From positions 1 through 39,842 of the forward strand of contig JBMFIG010000014.1 in assembly GCA_049976425.1 (NCBI GenBank): a DNA stretch of 39,842 bases, read 5' to 3'. The notes under the pieces are model-generated. The model searched no databases and was not told the DNA's origin. It was given only the letters and a program-made list of their open reading frames with translations. Below are positions 34,930 to 39,842 of this stretch, piece by piece. The stretch is from Thermoproteus sp. (GTDB taxonomy: Archaea > Thermoproteota > Thermoprotei > Thermoproteales > Thermoproteaceae). The number at the start of each line of letters is the position of its first letter. Position 1 is the first letter of the stretch. Position numbers and translations under genes: made by a program.

Positions 34930-36312
34930 GGCCGCCAGCCTCTCCCTTATCTGATCCGCCAGCTGGTACTGCCTCTCCTGCCTCAGCCTAGATCTGGCCT
35001 CCACCAGCGCCTTGACAGCCTCCTGCACCTCCTTCGGCACCTCCCTCCTCTCCAACAAGCCCAACACGTCGGCCATCTCGACGTATTTGGAGAGCACGTC
35101 GAGGGCGGCCTCCCGCGAGATCTTGTCTATTTTATGTAGTACAGTGGAGATTATGTAGCGCGCCGCGTCGTACAGCCTCTGGGCGGCCTCGTTGGTGGAG
35201 AAGTCGTCGTTGAGGGCCTCGTAGAACCCCTCCACGTATTTGTAGAAGGGCTCGACGACGGGCTCCGAGCCCCTCTCGCCGGCGTCTGCCACGGCCTGCC
35301 CCAACTCGTCGTAGGCCGTGTATAGGGTCTTGACCATGTCCTCGGCCCGGTCCAAGAGCTCGTAGCTGAACTCCATGGGCTTGCGGTAGTGGCTCATGGC
35401 GTAGGCCAGCCTCAGAGCCTCGCCGCTGTACTTAGAGAGGACCTCCCTCAAGGTGATTATGTTGCCGAGCGACTTCGACATCTTCTCGCCCCTAACGGTC
35501 AGATAGCCCACGTGGATCCAGTACCTGGCGAAGTAGTCCACGCCGAACATGGCGCGGGCTATGGCGATCTCGTTCTCGTGGTGGGGGAATATTAGGTCGG
35601 CGCCGCCGCCGTGGAAGTCGAAGGGGACGCCCAGATGCTTCGTCGACATGACTACGCACTCCAGATGCCAGCCCGGCCTGCCGGGGCACCAAGGGGAGTC
35701 CCACCAAGGCTCGCCCGGCGACCAGCTCTTCCACAGGGCGAAGTCGAGAGGATTCCTCTTGCCGGGCTCCGGCTCGACTCTGGCCCCCGCCACGAGCTCC
35801 TCTATCCTCTGGCCGGAGAACTCGCCGTAGCGCGGCACCTTGCCCACCTCGAAGTAGACCGAGCCGTCGGGCGCCACGTAGGCGAAGCCCTTGTCCACGA
35901 GGGCCTTTATCCATCCCAACATATCCTCCACGTTCTCAGTCACTCTGGGATAGGCGTACGCCGGCTTGACGTAGAGCCTCCGCATGACGTCGAAGTACTC
36001 GGATATGTACCGCTCCGGCACCTCGCGCCACCGTTTGACCGAATCCGCGCCGAACTCCTCCCTAGCCCTATTTATTATCTTGTCGTCGATATCGGTGAAG
36101 TTTACGACGAGCCTCACCTGGAGGCCCAAGCGCTCTAGATAGCGGCGGAACATGTCGAAGAACACGTAGACCCGCCCGTGCCCCACGTGCACCGAGTCGT
36201 AGGGAGTTATGCCGCAGACGTAGCCGGAGGCGATCCCAGGAGTCCTCACGGAGAACTGCTCCACTCTTTTAGTCGCCGTGTTGTATATCCTCAGAGGCAG
36301 GGTCTGCGACAC
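34870..36312 (-). CDS. cysS: Cysteinyl-tRNA synthetase
   Basis: YVCGITPYD..HVGH, NFTDIDDKI, DFALWK, GRPGWHLEC, HGGGADLIFPHHENE, KMSKSLGN; in-frame GTG at 36312. Confidence 0.96.
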   Translation of the reverse strand: MSQTLPLRIYNTATKRVEQFSVRTPGIASGYVCGITPYDSVHVGHGRVYVFFDMFRRYLERLGLQVRLVVNFTDIDDKIINRAREEFGADSVKRWREVPERYISEYFDVMRRLYVKPAYAYPRVTENVEDMLGWIKALVDKGFAYVAPDGSVYFEVGKVPRYGEFSGQRIEELVAGARVEPEPGKRNPLDFALWKSWSPGEPWWDSPWCPGRPGWHLECVVMSTKHLGVPFDFHGGGADLIFPHHENEIAIARAMFGVDYFARYWIHVGYLTVRGEKMSKSLGNIITLREVLSKYSGEALRLAYAMSHYRKPMEFSYELLDRAEDMVKTLYTAYDELGQAVADAGERGSEPVVEPFYKYVEGFYEALNDDFSTNEAAQRLYDAARYIISTVLHKIDKISREAALDVLSKYVEMADVLGLLERREVPKEVQEAVKALVEARSRLRQERQYQLADQIRERLAALGVDLHDFGQRTYYTYRRR

Positions 36313-36388
36313 CCCGACATGAGGTCTAGGTGGTGCCGGCTTTTTAAATAAAGCGCCGCCACCTTTAAGTACGCCTCCAAACGTCCAC

Positions 36389-37636
36389 ATGGTCGACACA
36401 ACGATAGAGGAGGTAGCCGCGAGGCGCGTCTTGACGGGCAGAGGCGACCTCACGGTGGAGGTCGAGGTGTACACCGCAGACGGCTTCGGGAGGGCGGCGG
36501 CCCCCGCCGGGGCCTCCAAGGGGAGGCACGAGGTGGCCTTTCTGCCCGAGGGCGGCATCGACGAGGCCCTCGCGGCCTTCGAGAGGCTGGTCGCGCCGGA
36601 GCTGGCGGGCCTCGACGCGGCGGAGCAGTACGCCGTGGACGGGAAGCTGGAGGAGGTCGACGGGACCGGCCGTTTCGAGAAGATAGGCGGGGCCGTCTCG
36701 GTGGCCACGTCCATGGCGGCCGCGAGGGCCGCAGCCAACACGTTGGGTATACCGCTCTTCAGACATCTGGGAGGCGCCACGGCGAGGACGATCCCACTGC
36801 CTCTGGGCAACGCGATAGGCGGGGGCAAACACAGCAGAGGCCTAGGCCCCGATCTGCAGGAGTTCCTCGTCATCCCGCTCAACCCGCCGGACGCGGCCGC
36901 CGCAGTGCTGGCCAACCTGGAGGTGCACAGAAGGGCCCTCAAGTACATAACCAAGGTGGATCCCCACTTCACGGGGGGCAAAAACGACGAGGGGGCCTGG
37001 ACTCCCAGGATCTCGGCAGAGACGGCGTTGAGGATACTGAAGGAGGCCGCCGCGGAGGTGTCCAAGGAGACGGGCGTGGAGATAGGGCTCGGCGTGGACG
37101 CGGCCGCGTCGAGCCTCTGGAACGGGGCCAAGTACGTGTACCAGAACGAGGGCAGGGAGAGGACCCCGAGGGAGCAGCTGGAGTACATGGCCAAGCTGTT
37201 GGACGAGTTCGGGCTGGTGTACCTCGAGGACCCCTTCCAGGAAGACGACTTCCAGTCCTTCGCTGAGCTGACCGACAGATATAGGGACAGGCTGATAGTC
37301 GGCGACGACCTCTACGTGACCAACGCGGCGAGGATAGAGGAGGGGGGCAAGATAAGGGCGACCACCGCCGTCTTGATCAAGCCAGACCAGACGGGGACTT
37401 TGACGAGGGCGGCCGAGGCCGTGAAGACGGCGCGGAGGTACGGCATGAAGGTGGTCGCCTCCCACAGATCGGGCGACACGGAGTACGACACGCTGGCCCA
37501 CGTGGCGGTGGCCCTAGGCGCCGAGGTTATAAAGACGGGGATCGTCGGCGGCGAGAGGACGGCCAAGCTGAACGAGCTCATCAGGATAGGCGAATACCTA
37601 GGCAAGTGGGGCAGGATGGCGGCGATTAGGCCGTGA
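36389..37636 (+). CDS. eno: Enolase
   Basis: PAGASKG, GGGKH, QEF, DEGA, GVDAAAS, LEDPF, IVGDDL, SHRSGDT, RTAKLNEL. Confidence 0.97.
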   Translation: MVDTTIEEVAARRVLTGRGDLTVEVEVYTADGFGRAAAPAGASKGRHEVAFLPEGGIDEALAAFERLVAPELAGLDAAEQYAVDGKLEEVDGTGRFEKIGGAVSVATSMAAARAAANTLGIPLFRHLGGATARTIPLPLGNAIGGGKHSRGLGPDLQEFLVIPLNPPDAAAAVLANLEVHRRALKYITKVDPHFTGGKNDEGAWTPRISAETALRILKEAAAEVSKETGVEIGLGVDAAASSLWNGAKYVYQNEGRERTPREQLEYMAKLLDEFGLVYLEDPFQEDDFQSFAELTDRYRDRLIVGDDLYVTNAARIEEGGKIRATTAVLIKPDQTGTLTRAAEAVKTARRYGMKVVASHRSGDTEYDTLAHVAVALGAEVIKTGIVGGERTAKLNELIRIGEYLGKWGRMAAIRP

Positions 37637-39558
37637 GGAGCCTGATAATCGCGCTGGCGGCCGCCGCGGCGGTCGCGATAGCCCTCTACGCGCTGGCGCC
37701 CTATCTGACCGGCGCCGGGCCTCATCAAGCGAGCCAGACGGCGCCGCCGGCGGGCTCGACGACCTCGGCGGGGGCGGGCACGGCGGTCGCCCCGGCCTCT
37801 ACGTCCAGCGCCTCGACGCCCTCAGCCGCATCGGGGACGGCCGCGGGCACCACGAGCCAGCCCGCCGCACAGACGTCGACTACAGCCACATTGACCACTA
37901 CGTCGACGCTCGCCGGCGCGCCGAGGCCGAACATAACCCTAGTGCTGGAGACAGCCGCGGTCAACACGACCAAGTTGCCCGCCAACGCGACCCTTACGTT
38001 CAAGGCGGAGAACCGCGGCGAGGCGCCCGGCGTGGTGTACGTCAACGGGACCGCCGTGAGGCTGGGGCCCGGCGAGGCCGCCTTGCTCAACTTCACCGTC
38101 GCCGTGAGCCGCGCGGGGGCCAACTACGTGTTGCTGTACGTCAACGGGACGCCGGCTGTGTATAGGTTCACTGCGCTGTACTACACGCCGGTGTTCGCGG
38201 CGGAGCCCGTGACGGTGAGGACGTACAGACTGCCCGCGTTGGTTGCCGTTAACGTGACGGTTAGGAACGTGGGCAACTACACCGGCTACTTCAACGGAGT
38301 CGCGGTGCCGCCTGGAGGGAACACCACGGCGCAGGTGGAGATAAACGCGACGGCGGCGGGGACGTACTGGGTAGAGGCAGGCGGAGTGCCCGTGGAGGTG
38401 CGCGTGGTGTATCTGGCCACCGGCTACTCCGTGGCTATATGGTCGCCGACCGTCGAGGCGGTCCCCGGCGAGCCCGTGCCGGTAGGCTTCTTTATCAGGA
38501 ACACAGGCAACGCCACAGAGGCGATTACGGTCAACGGGACGCTCTACGTGTTGAGGCCCGGCGAGAGCGTCTGGGCCAACTACACGGTCCCCGCCTACAG
38601 CCGCAGGCCCGTGGCGCTTATCGTCAACGGGACGACGTGGAGGTGGGCCCTCAACGTGAGCATCATAGCGGTTAAGGCCCTCCTGAAGATAGACGGAGGC
38701 GTGTACAACCCCGCCACCTCGCCCCAGATAGTCATATCGTCGAGCCAAAGCGCCGTGCCCTACACTTGGATCCTCTCCACAAACGCCACCAAGAGGGCAG
38801 TCGCTCTGGTTATCGACGGCACGGCGTATACAGTCCAGCCAGGAGGGCGGCTCCTCATCAACGGCACTCTGCAGGCGAGGCTCAACGACTGGAACACCGT
38901 GTCCATCGCCGTTAACGGCACGACGTACTCTATACAGGTATACGTCGAGCTGAAGCCGCCCACGCTTTATGTGGCCCAGATAACCGGCCTGTCGTTCACG
39001 GACACGAGGACGTACATAGAGTACACCAGCTGTAGCGGGACGCCCATAGGGTCGGTAAAGTTAACGGCGACGGTCTACAGCATGAGCGGCTCCGTGACGT
39101 ACTCGGGCAACACCATAACCTTCTCCGGCTCGATAACTGTATACATAGATAAATTAGGCGAGACCATCACGGCCAGCTACAGCGGCAGCTCGACAAACGG
39201 GGTGGGGCAGGTGACGTCCACCATAGGCGACTACACCATAGTCGTGTCCTTCTCCGGCGGCACGGTGACCTCGGTGACCGTCAACGGCCAGCCGGTGAGT
39301 TGCGGCGCATCGATTATACCCATACCCGCCTTCATGTACCAGAAGCCGCCCACCGGGACTATAGACGCCGTGTCCTTCGCGTCCCAGATAGCCAACCTAT
39401 TCGCGAAGGGGGGAAGCGAGGCGATAGTCGACGCCTATTATAACGGCCGCTACGTCGTGCTCGTCGACGCCAGCGTTAATAAGATGACCTACAGCGGAGG
39501 CGCCATAAACGGGCCGCTACAGGTATCGATATACGGGCAGATATCCCAAGTATCATAA
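37633..39558 (+). CDS. Secreted/surface glycoprotein with a S/T/A-rich linker and repeated beta-sandwich (CARDB-like) modules
   Basis: N-terminal hydrophobic segment; recurring units ENRGEAP/RNVGNYT/RNTGNAT, VNGT and LxPGE; many N-x-S/T sequons. Confidence 0.8.
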   Translation: MRSLIIALAAAAAVAIALYALAPYLTGAGPHQASQTAPPAGSTTSAGAGTAVAPASTSSASTPSAASGTAAGTTSQPAAQTSTTATLTTTSTLAGAPRPNITLVLETAAVNTTKLPANATLTFKAENRGEAPGVVYVNGTAVRLGPGEAALLNFTVAVSRAGANYVLLYVNGTPAVYRFTALYYTPVFAAEPVTVRTYRLPALVAVNVTVRNVGNYTGYFNGVAVPPGGNTTAQVEINATAAGTYWVEAGGVPVEVRVVYLATGYSVAIWSPTVEAVPGEPVPVGFFIRNTGNATEAITVNGTLYVLRPGESVWANYTVPAYSRRPVALIVNGTTWRWALNVSIIAVKALLKIDGGVYNPATSPQIVISSSQSAVPYTWILSTNATKRAVALVIDGTAYTVQPGGRLLINGTLQARLNDWNTVSIAVNGTTYSIQVYVELKPPTLYVAQITGLSFTDTRTYIEYTSCSGTPIGSVKLTATVYSMSGSVTYSGNTITFSGSITVYIDKLGETITASYSGSSTNGVGQVTSTIGDYTIVVSFSGGTVTSVTVNGQPVSCGASIIPIPAFMYQKPPTGTIDAVSFASQIANLFAKGGSEAIVDAYYNGRYVVLVDASVNKMTYSGGAINGPLQVSIYGQISQVS

Positions 39559-39568
39559 TTTTGGACGC

Positions 39569-39584
39569 GAAAAGTTTAAATATA
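39569..39584 (+). promoter_or_regulatory. BRE/TATA box for the downstream gene
   Basis: GAAAAGTTTAAATATA ~20 nt before ATG 39602. Confidence 0.65.
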
Positions 39585-39601
39585 CCCTCCACCACACGGT
39601 T

Positions 39602-39842
39602 ATGCATAACCCCAAGACAACGGTACTCCTAATACTGGTAATAGGCCTAATAACAATAGGGATAGCCCACGCTCAAATAGTGCCGTCCTCACAAGCGGGC
39701 GGCGGGCTCTACGCCCCCGTAGCGACCATAACCTACAACATGACTTGGCAGATAAACACGGAATGCCCGCTATGCCAGAACCTCGGGATATACCCGTGGG
39801 CCCAGACCGTCAACAGCTACTCCTGGGCCGCCGGCAAGCAGT
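39602..39842 (+). CDS. Secreted protein, 5' part only (truncated by the window end)
   Basis: Manual translation MHNPKTTVLLILVIGLITIGIAHA-QIVPSS...; signal peptide with an AHA cleavage site; open to the window end. Confidence 0.75.
   Translation, partial: MHNPKTTVLLILVIGLITIGIAHAQIVPSSQAGGGLYAPVATITYNMTWQINTECPLCQNLGIYPWAQTVNSYSWAAGKQ

Noticed and set aside
36313-37194. 294-aa N-terminal extension of CysRS in the 774-aa ORF
   Set aside because: It is the antisense shadow of enolase. CysRS homology starts near GTG 36312, which has its own TATA.
1-39842. CRISPR array, transposase, integrase or intein
   Set aside because: No regularly spaced repeats or recombinase motifs were seen, and PolB and the other proteins have normal lengths.

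Overview
This is a gene-dense core-chromosome segment of a hyperthermophilic crenarchaeon, most likely Thermoproteaceae (Thermoproteus-like). That assignment is inferred from Rpo8, SmAP3, a TFB3-like gene, a short beta-type splicing endonuclease subunit, PaREP1 and apparent leaderless TATA-to-start spacing. About 40 CDS cover transcription (MBF1, TFE, Rpo8, TFB3, aCPSF1), translation (S17e, L37e, S2, L2, CysRS, HflX, MetAP), protein quality control (thermosome, FKBP, proteasome beta, PAC2), replication (PolB, DnaG), tRNA modification and splicing, Moco synthesis and central metabolism. Features that stand out: (1) an orphan tRNA 3' half at 205-285 that starts in the anticodon loop and carries one clear and one probable non-canonical intron, suggesting an att-site scar; (2) a tfb3 / secretion-type ATPase / membrane-protein operon with no pilin; (3) sharp AT-rich patches inside otherwise GC-rich conserved genes, confined to about the first 24.3 kb; (4) a tandem-duplicated MoaC whose catalytic motifs are split between repeats; (5) a membrane Ser/Thr kinase / Zn-ribbon-FHA pair; (6) two candidate box C/D sRNAs. 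All identifications come from motif recognition by eye, and no searches were run.
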